A DNA stretch of 64,000 nt from Octopus sinensis (Eukaryota). The stretch's first letter is position 1, and every line of letters starts with the position of its first letter. Under the pieces are notes generated by a model, which was given only the letters and a program-made list of their open reading frames with translations, was not told where the DNA came from and searched no databases. Position numbers and translations under genes: made by a program. Where the stretch lies: NCBI RefSeq assembly GCF_006345805.1, contig NC_043015.1, positions 24,614,001-24,678,000 on the forward strand. The letters are read 5' to 3'. Positions 1 through 11,686 of this stretch are shown here, in pieces.

Positions 1-80
1 CAGCTCTCAAGCTAGCCAGCTCCTGTGAGACTTTCTAATCCATGCCAGCATAGAAAGCAATGTTAAATGATGATGATGAT
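1..80 (+). mobile_element. 3' terminal fragment of RTE-type LINE/SINE with (GAT)n tail
   Basis: Ends ...ccatgccagcatagaaagcaatgttaaatgatgatgatgat, the same terminal cassette that ends the RTE ORF-bearing copies at 9100-9745 and 11687-13695. Confidence 0.7.
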
Positions 81-981
81 ATTCATCTACATATACATAC
101 ATATATATATACATCCACAATCATGCATAATATATTGGCTAGATGGAAATGTATAGAGGCCTGTTATTTGAAAAAGAGTTACAGCCTTGTCACACTGAGT
201 CATTCTGATTTTACTGAGAATTACAATAAAGGTTCACGTGTCAGTAAACATGGAGACAATTATCACAATTGTTTTTTACCTATAACAAGTTGAAATTTAA
301 TAATTCTGTCACACCTCATTATTATCTCAGTTAACTTATCTTTTCATGTTACTTCTAATAGAACACTGACTTTACTTATGTTATCACTCTTATCTATCTA
401 GAAGTTTCTTACCTTTTAGTAACTTAGTTGAGGAACCCCTCCATGTTAACACTTGCACACAGCTGCTAATCTATGCATTTCATATTTACCCTGAGTTTAG
501 CTGATCTACATTTAGAGTGACTGCTCTAAAATTTTGACCCTGATACGGAGAATAGAGGAAGGGGTTTTCAGTAGTACCAGTATAGAACTGTGCCCAATTT
601 CTACATATGAAATAAAGGTGGTATGATTTGTTTTGCATGCTACTTCAGCAAGATCAAAGACAATTTCCCCAAAATCGTTCATTTGTTACTTCTTCCAACA
701 ACCACACACATATATGAAAGTGGGGGGAGGGCAGGGTTTGAATGGGTTCTCAAATATAGATGATTTTTCATAGATCCAACATCAAGTGTACCCCAAAAGA
801 AATTTAGAACCAATAGATAGTTAAGAGAGAAAGAGAGGGAGATTGACAAGGAGAGAAAACAAAGAGACGGGCAGATGGATAGAGAGAGGCACGGTTTCTG
901 TAGAATGGGAAAACAATAAGCTTTGTTTTCTTCAATGGGAAGAAAGAAGCAAAGAAAACATGGTCAGCATGGGCATGGAGC

Positions 982-1389
982 CAGGGCCGGATTGAGATCC
1001 ATAGAGGCCCTAGGTGATTAAAAGATTTTTGGTGCTTCCATACATATGTAATTCAAAATATAAAAAATAAACCATAATGCAATTTTTTTTTTTTTAAATG
1101 AAACAAAACTAACAATAAGATAGAAAATAATGTTTGTTTTTCTATACTTTCTCTTAATTTATATCTGAAAAGTTTTCATTTTTTTTTATTGCAAACTCTT
1201 GGATCAGATCCTCCCTTTGACACCATGAACTCTTTGAAATTATGTTTCTGATCATAAAAACCACTTTGAATAGCAAGTTTGAAGTGACTTCTTTTGTGCT
1301 GTAAACAATTTACAATTTCTGTGGTACCCTATCCTTCCTTCGAAGCCCTAAGGATGTACTTATCTTGCCTAATGGTTAATCCAGTGCTG
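982..1389. mobile_element. Non-autonomous hAT-superfamily DNA transposon
   Basis: 8-bp TSD catggagc at 974-981 and 1390-1397. Degenerate TIRs: cagggccggattga versus reverse complement cagcactggattaa. Minus strand near 1150-1230 reads EDLIQEFAIKK, like the C-terminal D-x-I-x-EFA-x-K motif of hAT transposases. Confidence 0.85.
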
Positions 1390-1831
1390 CATGGAGCTTT
1401 AAAAAAAGAAACCAGATGGTCAGGGCAAAAGTAGTTTCAATCATGGATAACAAGAATGAGTTGAGAAAAAAATAGCAGGAAAGTGAGAATATTTTAGAGA
1501 GGTAAATTTAGCTTCTGAATATTGAGAGGTGACCAACGTGCAGTCAATATTTCCTAGGTCTAACACTGGGTGCAAATAGATGCCAGTCAAAGTGCAGAAA
1601 ACTGTGCTTGAATATCAAAAGTAGAATATGAGAGTATTTTATTTAACCTGATAATTCTTTGTCAACTGTTACTTAGAGTTTCTCATAATTGATCATCAAG
1701 CAGAAATGAGTATTTGTAACATAGCTATGGCTTATAAGTATTTATGAATATTCATGATTATATGAATATTTATAATGTACTACATATTTCGAAATATTCA
1801 TGTCCACCAAATAAGAAGTCACATGAAACTC

Positions 1832-2000
1832 TGAATATGGCTGAATGGTTCAGAAGTTTGCTTCCCAACCTTATGATCATGGGTTCAGTCTTACAGTATG
1901 GCACATTGCCAAGTATCTTCTGCTATAGCTTCAGGACAAATAAGGGCTTGTAAATGTATTTGGTAGATGGAAACTGAAAGAAGCCCACCATATGTGAATG
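1832..2000 (+). mobile_element. tRNA-headed SINE family A, degraded 5' part
   Basis: tggctgaatgg (A-box-like) and gggttcagtc (B-box-like); body aligns by eye to the young copy at 33775-34187. Confidence 0.75.
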
Positions 2001-2277
2001 CGTTTGTAGGTGTGTGTGCCTGTGTGTGTTTGTGTGTGTGTATCATGTATGTGTGTGTGTGTGTGAGAGAGAGAGAGTGAGTGAGTGCCGGAATCACATA
2101 TGATGGTTGTAAATGAACATCATCATCACACAAGGTTATTCAAGACTTATGTTAAAAACATGTTTGACCAGGGGACATGATACCTTGCTTCAAAACTGGT
2201 ATGGGTTAAAAACAGGAAAGGCATCCAGCTGTAGAAATTCTACCTCAACAAATTCTGTCTCACCTCATATTACATAC

Positions 2278-2302
2278 TATATATACATATATATATATAT
2301 AT

Positions 2303-2343
<41 letters not shown>

Positions 2344-2403
2344 TGGATATACAATATATATATATATATATAATATATATTAATATATATCATACATATA
2401 ACA

Positions 2404-2439
<36 letters not shown>

Positions 2440-2501
2440 GATATATATATATACATATATATACATATATATATATAAATTATATAACATATACATATAT
2501 A

Positions 2502-2532
<31 letters not shown>

Positions 2533-2605
2533 CATACATATACATATATACATACATACATATAAGATATAATATATACACATATATATACATATATATA
2601 TATAA

Positions 2606-2670
<65 letters not shown>

Positions 2671-2727
2671 CATAAATATATATATATATATACATATACG
2701 TATATATATATATATGTATATACATAC

Positions 2728-2785
<58 letters not shown>
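2278..2785. repeat. Compound (TA)n/(TACA)n microsatellite
   Basis: About 500 bp of interrupted TA repeats; source of the poly-IY ORFs. Similar tracts at 6930-7400, 9915-10040, 13695-13840, 26580-27020, 29390-29720, 34770-35030 and 48215-48425. Confidence 0.95.
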
Positions 2786-2787
<2 letters not shown>

Positions 2788-3160
2788 CATGGTTGTATGG
2801 TAAGAAGTTTGCTTCCCGACCAAATGCTTCTGGGTTCAGTCCAACTGTGTGACACCTCGGTGTCTTCTACTGTAGCCTCAGGCTGATCAAAGCCTTGTGA
2901 GTGAAGACAGTCGAAGGAAAGAAAAAGAAACCCGACATACAAATATGTGTGCTGTTATGTTTGTGTTTGTCCCCCATCACCACTTGACAGCTGGTGATGG
3001 TTTGTTTATGTCCCCATAACTTAGCACCTCTACCTATAGAATTAGTACCAGGCTTGAAATATATAGCTCTGTGGTCAACTTGTTTGTCTAAACCTTTTAT
3101 AGTGGTTTCCCAAAATGGCCACAGTCCTATGGCTGAAACAAATAAAGAATCAAAGATAAA
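2786..3160 (+). mobile_element. tRNA-headed SINE family A, near full length
   Basis: Head ggcatggttgtatggtaagaagtttgc...gggttcagtcc; tail ...ggctgaaacaaataaaga; matches 33775-34187. Confidence 0.8.
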
Positions 3161-3244
3161 AGATATATGCGTTTATGCATATATTGTGTGTGTGTATGTA
3201 TATATGTATGGGTACATACATACATACATGCATACATACATACA

Positions 3245-3800
3245 AGGTGGCTGCCCCCTCGTTATTGAGTATGGCCATTGCACGAAGCTTAATCAATGTT
3301 GTTATCGTGCAATGCCTCTGCAAGAATATTTTTTTTAAAGTGAGGAATGGCTGTGCACTGAGTCAATCCCACTCACTAAGAAACAACAGCCATAATCCGA
3401 AAAGAAGAACAAGTCAACATCATCGGTAACCACTGAGCTGCAGGTTTTATGTCGGAGTTATCCCAGTTATCTGAGTTACCTTCTCCTAGAAGGATGCCCT
3501 AACAAAGGCTTGGAGTCCTTCACTCCCAATGGTTTAACCACGCGATCGGGTATTCAGTCAAAGTATTTCTGTCTCCATGCATGATACAGCATGATACATT
3601 TATTGGATGGCCATTGACTCTCAAGAGTTCCTCCGCCCTTTGATGGATTTTGTTTTTCATCCTGCAGGGTGTCCAATAAACACCCTCCTCACCAAGCAAG
3701 CTTGGTGGGGTTGCCAGTTTAGTTGCCGACAACCCAACTATGCAACAGGTTGTACTGGGTTACATGTTACCAGTAGCACTCGAAAGTGACCTGGCATATG
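3245..3800 (-). mobile_element. GC-richer interspersed repeat, possibly an RTE-type 5' region or derived non-autonomous element
   Basis: Higher GC than the flanks; contains agggcatcc on the minus strand, also seen in the RTE terminal cassette. No recognisable ORF and single copy in the window. Confidence 0.35.
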
Positions 3801-3894
3801 ACATACATACATACATACATACATACACACATACATATATGTGTATGTGTGTGTGTTTACGTGTGTTTATGTGTGTGTGTAAACATGTATATGA

Positions 3895-3963
3895 GATAGA
3901 TAGATATATAGAGATAAATAGACAGGCAGATAGACACATAAATAGACAGAGAGAAAGATAGAC

Positions 3964-4052
<89 letters not shown>

Positions 4053-4055
4053 CAG
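3895..4055. repeat. (GATA)n microsatellite
   Basis: Direct reading. A (TATC)n tract is also present at about 30368-30437. Confidence 0.95.
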
Positions 4056-4379
4056 ACAAAAGGAGAGAAATTTTGGCTCTTCTAAGATGTGAACTGACAA
4101 CATAGACAGACGAACTTGCTTTGCAATAATTGATGTCTCAGCCTCTGAGCTTGCTTCCACATATTTTTCTGCTAGTTTTGCAATGGAATATGGTCTGAAT
4201 GATTCGTTACACTTTTTGATTCATAATTTATCTGATCAAAGTCAAAATCAAATAACCTGCTAGATTTGAACCTGAAACTCCAATTAATTGAATGGCATTT
4301 GGTTAAACTTTTTTTTTATATATCATCCATTCTTCTATGCTTAGCACTCAGCCACAATATTCATCGGAATAATAATTGT

Positions 4380-4570
4380 CTCTAATTATGGTACAAAGCC
4401 AGCTATTTTCATGAGAAATGACAAGTCAGTACATGAAAGACACTTTATTTCGTCAATCCCTGAAGGGATGAAGTGCAAAGTTGACCTCAACAGGAATTGA
4501 ACTCAAAGCGTAACGAGCTGGAAAAAATATTCTTAGGCATTTTCTATGACATGCTAATGATTCTACCAGC
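4380..4570 (-). mobile_element. SINE family C, degraded
   Basis: Contains ccctgaagggatgaagtgcaaagttgacctcaacaggaattgaactc, the reverse complement of the family C core (tttcatcctttcggggtcga), also seen at 16657, 20913, 38011, 40421 and 54905. Confidence 0.7.
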
Positions 4571-4822
4571 TGAGTAATATTACTAACAATGATTCAAATC
4601 TGGGAACCCGGTGAGTTTTAGGGAAGAAATAAGCCAATTACATTGACCCTCAGTCACAAACAGAATTTTATTTATCAGCCCCAAGAGGAGGAAAGGTAAA
4701 TTCTGCCACTGCAGAATTGGAACACAAAACACAGAAGCTGGAAGAGATACAACTAAGCATTTTGCCTTGCATACTAACAAGCCTGCCATCTCAATACCTT
4801 AACGATAATAATGATAATAATA

Positions 4823-5226
4823 AAATATGCTCAATACCACAGGTTGCTTGACCTTAACCAGTTGGGCATGTCCCTTAGTGGCTGACGATATGTGCATCTC
4901 TGATCATGAGCAGAAGTGTTGAGAGGAATTCTTTGGTGTTTGGATAATTCACCTTTGGAAACATGTGTGTTTTGTTCAACATCCTTAAACAACCCTTATT
5001 CAGGGACCTTTTGAGCAGGGTGGGCTACTTGACTTGAAGAAAATTCTGACTAGGCCCCATGTGCAAGGTCGTGTGCTGTTTTATCTTGTTATGAGATCAC
5101 AATATCACACACATGTTTGTGATGCATGTGTCTGGTGTAACTTCATCAGATGCGTAATCATGATGGGTATACTGGGCTTCATATATTTTACTCCAGTGTG
5201 ACTTTGATGACAGGCACTGCTCTCTC
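4823..5226 (+). mobile_element. (AAT)n-embedded non-coding element family D, 5'-truncated with internal deletions
   Basis: Aligns to 5446-6130; same 3' end (...gcactgctctctc then aataat); preceded by gataataatgataataat. Confidence 0.85.
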
Positions 5227-5245
5227 AATAATAATAATAATAATG

Positions 5246-5308
<63 letters not shown>

Positions 5309-5334
5309 TAATAGTGATAATGATAATAATAATA

Positions 5335-5375
<41 letters not shown>

Positions 5376-5388
5376 AATAGTGATAATG

Positions 5389-5445
<57 letters not shown>
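5227..5445. repeat. (AAT)n microsatellite between two family D copies
   Basis: Direct reading, with occasional GAT/AGT interruptions. Confidence 0.95.
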
Positions 5446-5448
<3 letters not shown>

Positions 5449-6130
5449 GCCCTGATGCAGTACCAGGCAGTGGCTCTCATGGCTTCTGATCTTAACTGAT
5501 TGGAAGTGTTATCATGTACATTGTTTTGTCTTGGTATAAAAGATGGGCTACAGCAAATATTCTGCTCAATACCACAGATTTGCTTGTCAGTCAGGCAGTG
5601 GCTCTCATGGCTTCTGATCTTAACTGATTGGAAGTGTTATCATGTACATTGTTTTGTCTTGGTATAAAAGATGGGCTATAGCAAATATTCTGCTCAATAC
5701 CACAGATTTGCTTGTCAGTTGTTTGACCTTAACCAGTTGAGCATGTCCCTTAGTGGCTGACGATATGTGCATCTCTGATCACGAGCAGAAGTAGTGGGGA
5801 AGCATCATAGCCATGTGTTGAGAGGGATTCTTTGGGGTTTGAATGATTCACCTCTGGAAACATGGGTGGTTCTTTCAACATCCTTAAACAACCCTTATTC
5901 AGGGACCTTTTGAGCAGGATGGGCTACTCAACCTGAAGAAAATTCTAACTGGACCCCACCTGCAAGGTCATGTGCTGTTTATCTTGATATGAGATCACCA
6001 TGTCGCGCACATATGGTTGTGATGCATGTGCCTGGTGTACCTTTATCAGACGGGTAGTCATGATGGGTATATTGGGCTTCGTATATTTTTCCCCAGTGTC
6101 ACTTTGATGGCATGCACTGCTCTCTCACTC
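5446..6130 (+). mobile_element. Family D element, full length, with 128-bp internal tandem duplication
   Basis: Starts aaagccctgatgcagtaccagg and ends ctctcactc before (AAT)n. Segment 5464-5591 is repeated at 5592-5719. Confidence 0.9.
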
Positions 6131-6162
<32 letters not shown>

Positions 6163-6954
6163 TGATAAGAGTGACCTAGAAGAATGTGATGATGGTGGTG
6201 GTAGTGGTGATGGTGACGATCATGAGAGTTATGATGATATTGATGATGATTGTGATAGTGACATGAATGATGCTGATGATAGTGATAGTTGATACATGAA
6301 TGTTAATAATAATAACAATAATTATCTATATATGTATGTATATATATGCATATATGTATTTGAGTGTGTGTGTGTGTGTAGCACATACATTTTACTCTCT
6401 AAGTACAAATGTAACACCTAAAAGAGAAATTCTAGCATTAAGCATGAATATTAACAGAGAATCTTATAATTAATTCAAACTTTTACTTCTGCATTTCTTC
6501 AGGGTATTTCAGAGTAAGAATATTCTGGCATCAACAATTTTTGAAAAAACTAGAACTCCAAAGAAACAAAAACGAAAAAATAAAAAAAAAAACTGAAAGC
6601 GAAGGAAAAAAGAAAGAAAGGAAAAAATAAAAGTGTAAAAATCCAAAGTGAAAAAACCAAAAAAAAACTTAGAAGGAACACTGCGTCGTGATAGTGACAA
6701 CACATACATTAAACTTGGATTATTGATTTTTGCACATCGCATAACGCACTCGTACTCACAGCAATTTTCTTCATATACTTTCTTTTACTGATGTATAATT
6801 TGTGTGTGTGTTTCTGCATATATGGTCTGTGTGTGCATATGTGTAAGTATGAGGGTATACAGGTGTGATTGTTTATGTGGGTGTCGATGTGCTTCTGTTA
6901 CATTAGATATATACCAATATATTATGTAAATTTTATATATATTATATAAATATA

Positions 6955-6988
<34 letters not shown>

Positions 6989-7221
6989 CATACATATATA
7001 TATATATTATATATATAATATATATTATACATACATTTATATAATGTATATACATATGTATATACAATATATACATATATATATATATACATTATATATA
7101 CATACATATATACATATATACATAATAAGTAAAAACATATATATATGCATATTTATATACACACATATATATATACATATATATATATACATATGTACAT
7201 ATATACATATATATATACAAA

Positions 7222-7282
<61 letters not shown>

Positions 7283-7362
7283 TATATACATACATATGAA
7301 TACACACATATATATATTCATACACTCACACATTACGGTTATTGCAAATAATGTGCAATATA

Positions 7363-7403
<41 letters not shown>

Positions 7404-8852
7404 AATGCATATGAAAACTCTTAAATTTGATATGGCTGAGTGGTTAAGAAGTTTGTTACTCAATCATGTGCTCCTGGATTCACTCCTAGTACGTGGCACC
7501 TTTGAACCAATCCTTCTCAGTGAAACTCTGTACACAGAAGCTATGTGAAAGCCTTCCAAATTGGCTGCACCCACAGATCAAAGAGCCAGTCATCCCCAGG
7601 AAGAGTATTTGAAATATTCAATTGATTAAGTAGTTTAGCTGACCAAACAAATGCAATATTCTTCATTGAAACTCACAAATTACTTATTGCAATACTAAAG
7701 GAGAGATGCACTCAACACATGACATAGAGTATATTTAGTGGTTGGCATTAGGAAAGACATCCAGCTGTAGAAACCAAGACAAATTAGACTGAAACGTGGT
7801 GCAGTTCCCCAGTTTACCAGTTCTCAGTGGAACCATCCAACCAACCTATACTGGCATGGAAAACGAATGTTGAATGATGATTATGATAATTATGATTATG
7901 ATGTGTAGTTAAAAAGCTGCTTTCCTATGTCAGCAGGACATTGTTCAAACATCTCATACAATAGCCCCAAACTGACCAAAGTGTTGTAAATGGATTTGGC
8001 AGATAGAAACTTAAAGAAGCCTGTCATATATATGAGGTGTGTGTGTCACCTTGTCTTTGCACTGAATAATAGTGGTAGGTGAGAATCACCATCTTACAGG
8101 CAGTGTCAGTCATTGCTAATCTTACACAAAAACATGACCAACCCCCAAAGAGGAACTGTTACTTTGCTTAGAAATAGGTGAGGGTTGGTCATAGGAAGCA
8201 AATTTGACAGTTGAAAAACTACTGGAATGAATTACATCTGACATTAAAACGATGATGATGATTAAAGGCAGCTAATCAAAATATTGTAAAATACATCAGC
8301 TTCAAAAGTGATCTGCTTGATAATTACACTGGGAAAGTAAACATCTGCCATCATTGGGTTAAAAGAAAATACGAAACACAATAACAAAAGTGTAGGTTTT
8401 GATTTGATTGATCTGGACCCCCCCCCCACACACACACACAGATATTTACTGCCATCAGTGACCAATTTCTAAGTTTATTATCAATGGGCTTGTGACAGTT
8501 GCACCTATTCAATGACAAAACCATTCCATGTAGAGAAGCAAAACAAACTGCTTTTCGATGTCAAAATGGGAAGCAACAATGGAGCAGAAATAAGCATCTT
8601 ATTTTCAAGTAAAGAAAAGAAACCCAAATATACAACATATTCAAGTTTTCAAGAACTTGGACTCTACAGAGTTGATAGCTAAGCAATTTTCCAAAACAAC
8701 ATAAAATTGAGCAACAAGAACAAACTACCTTTGTTGCAAACCAAATGAAATGCCCCAATATAGAAGAATTCACATGCACACACACAATCTCTCCCTCCCT
8801 TTCTCTCTCTCTCTCTCTCTCTTTTCCTCTGTCTCACACACCTTCTCTTCCC

Positions 8853-8898
<46 letters not shown>

Positions 8899-9099
8899 TA
8901 GATAGATAGATAGATATATAATGCATCATATATAATCTATGAAAAGTAAAAGGTGACTGTGGTGGGAAATAAGCTGAAAACATGAAACTTGATATCATCA
9001 TATAATATTAAAATGTAAATAGAATCCTCCACATACATGTGTGAGTGTGTGTGTGTGTGTGTAGTCACATGGGCGATAACTGCAGAGGAGATGCAAAGG

Positions 9100-9745
9100 C
9101 CGGACAGAAATGAAGACAGTATGCCTTGCTAGGTGAGTAATGACAGAGAAAAATTGGGCATAAGAGACATGAGTTGTAATATGCAAAAGAGAGGAGACTA
9201 TGCTGGTCATGTGATGTGAATGGATGAGGAGAGCTGCATAAAGAAGTGCCAATCTTTAATCGTGGATGAGAACCCGTGGAAGGATGAGAACCTAGGAAGG
9301 CAAGGGATGGAGTAGTGACAAAAAATCTTCAGATGTTGGGCCTCACAGAGAAGAAAGCAATGGAACGAGACTTCTGGTAGGTTGCTGTACTTGAGAAGAC
9401 ATGTCAAGCTAAGTAAAACAGTGGCCATCCATACATACAGGTATGTCCCTTGTATCCCTCTCTCAGCTGAGAGGTCCTTCCCTTGATGGCTCATGGGTGC
9501 TGGTGTCATGTAAAAAGTCCCAATGCTGCATAATAGTACCTAAGCTGGTGCCATATACCAATACTCCTGCCAGTGCAATGTAAAAGCTCTGTGAAATGGT
9601 TAGCATTACTAGGAAGAGAAACCATGTGAGGAAATCATGCCAAAACAGACAATTGGAACCTGGACTGCTCCCCAGCTTGGCAGCTCCTGTCAAACCATCC
9701 AACCCATGCCAGCATGGAAAGCAGGCGTTAAATGATGATGATGAT
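9100..9745 (+). mobile_element. RTE-clade LINE, decayed ORF2 C-terminus plus 3' UTR and (GAT)n tail
   Basis: Frameshifted translation ...REKLGIRDM...GHVM*MDEESCIKKCQSL...RPRK...NLQMLGLTEK...RDFW*VAVLEKTCQAK*, then the terminal cassette ...gcgttaaatgatgatgat. Confidence 0.8.
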
Positions 9746-9913
9746 AACACATAAAACTATTGAAGACATAATTCAAAATGAAAAAAATGTTATTGGAATA
9801 TGATGATACAATGTAATGAAAGCAAACAGGAACAATGCCTCTAGGAAATATGATGCCATGCAACACTGTGCCAGCATCTCTCAAAGCAGCACACATGGAA
9901 CTGGAATAATGGT

Positions 9914-10035
<122 letters not shown>

Positions 10036-10224
10036 TACTGTACTAGGTATGTTATGTTTTAGCAAGTAAAGGAATTGGAAATATATTTCTATCCTTGGTA
10101 CCTCAGTTTTCAAAAGCAAGCAAGAAAGAAGACAAAAATTAATATGAAGGCAAGGAAAATAAAACCAAAAAACTGATATAGACTGTTAGAAAACAGAAAG
10201 GTATATATATCATCATCATCATCA

Positions 10225-10391
10225 TCATCATCGTTTAGCGTCCGCTTTCCATGCTAGCATGGGTTGGACGGTTCAACTGGGGTCTGGAAAGCCAGAAGGC
10301 TGCACCAGGCCCAGACTGATCTGGCAAAGTTTCTATGGCTGGATGCCCTTCCTAATGCAACCACTCGGTGAGAGTAGTGGGTACTTTTTAC

Positions 10392-10410
<19 letters not shown>
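10225..10410 (-). mobile_element. RTE terminal cassette, well-preserved copy
   Basis: catcatcatcgtttagcgtccgctttccatgctagcatgggttggacgg is the reverse complement of the 13530-13695 terminus. Confidence 0.85.
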
Positions 10411-10425
<15 letters not shown>

Positions 10426-10479
10426 CTATATATATATATATAAATATATGATGATGATGATATACATACATACATAAAT

Positions 10480-10895
10480 CTTTTATCTTTCATCTTTAAC
10501 TTGTTTCAGTCATTAGACTGCAACAGTGCTGGGGCACTACCTTGAAGGGTGTGGTCAAACAAATAGACCCTGGTATATATTTTCTTAAGCCTAGGTGCTT
10601 ATTCTATTGGTCTCTTATGCCAAACCACTAAGTTACGAGGATATAAACACACCAACAACTGTTGTGAGGAGGTGGTGGTGAGAAATACAGACACAAACAC
10701 ACACATACATATATTCATATACATCCATATATACAGACGTAGCTTCTTTCAGTTTCCTTCCACCAAATCCACTCCCAAGGCTTACATTAGCCCAAGACTT
10801 TAGTAGAAGACATTTGCCTAAGGTACCATGCAATGGAACTGAACCCAGAACCATGTGGTTGGGAAGCAAGCTACTTACCACACAGCCATGCCTGT
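10480..10895 (-). mobile_element. tRNA-headed SINE family A
   Basis: Reverse complement of 33775-34187, including head caggcatggctgtgtggtaagtagcttgc and tail ...gactgaaacaagttaaaga. Confidence 0.85.
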
Positions 10896-11643
10896 GCATA
10901 TTCACATCTCCCTCTATCCAATTATCCAGATGTGCATACATACTCACTTATCAATTATATCGCAAAGGAGACATTTGAGCAATTTAATAACACAGGATGC
11001 TATTAAATTCAAGTTAAATTTTAGATTTATTTCATGAAATAAATTTTAAGTTATATATATGGCATGCACATGTGTTTGTTTCTGTGTATGCATGTACATA
11101 TATTTTAATGTATATATATACACACACAAACACACATGCACACCCTTATATACATATACGTCAACTCTATAATTTTGTTTTTATTTCTCTTTCTCTCGCT
11201 CTCTTTCTCTCACTCTTTCTTGCTCTTTCTGTCCATCTACACACACACACACATATATATATATCTATATACATAATCACAGGCATTTTTTGTTATGCAA
11301 GTGTATGCTTGTCTGTGAAGTATGTCCATGAGGGAGTGTGTGTTATGTTGTATGCATGTGTGCGTCTGCGTGTGACAATTCCCCAGTTTTGTTTCACTGT
11401 CTGTCCATTTCTAGCAAATCTAATTCAGCTTTTATGGGATTTTTTTCTGACTTAAAACACGAAATAAAAAGAAAACCAGAAATGAAACAACATCATTCTC
11501 CATGATTTAGCTGTGTTCTTTGACATGATATGATAAGAACACCAGAAAAGCTCTTATATTTATTAATATATAACAATTTTCTATAGAATTTACTGCCACC
11601 CCTATCCTATGATTCAAGAACACTTACAGTCTTTGCAAATGTT

Positions 11644-11680
<37 letters not shown>

Positions 11681-11686
11681 ATATAA

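Noticed and set aside
2113-2942. Many ORFs rich in I/Y, H/T, C/V, poly-N, poly-I or poly-M across the window
   Set aside because: They are translations of (TA)n, (CA)n, (AAT)n and (GAT)n microsatellites, which lack stops in some frames.
3640-3740. ccctcctcacc in a GC-rich hairpin region as a possible HDV-like ribozyme
   Set aside because: I could not build the nested double pseudoknot (P1, P1.1, P2, P3 and the J4/2 cytosine) by eye.
5750-5830. ctgacga...gcagaag in family D as a possible hammerhead
   Set aside because: No GAAA followed by a pairable stem III and UH site, and stem I cannot be closed convincingly.
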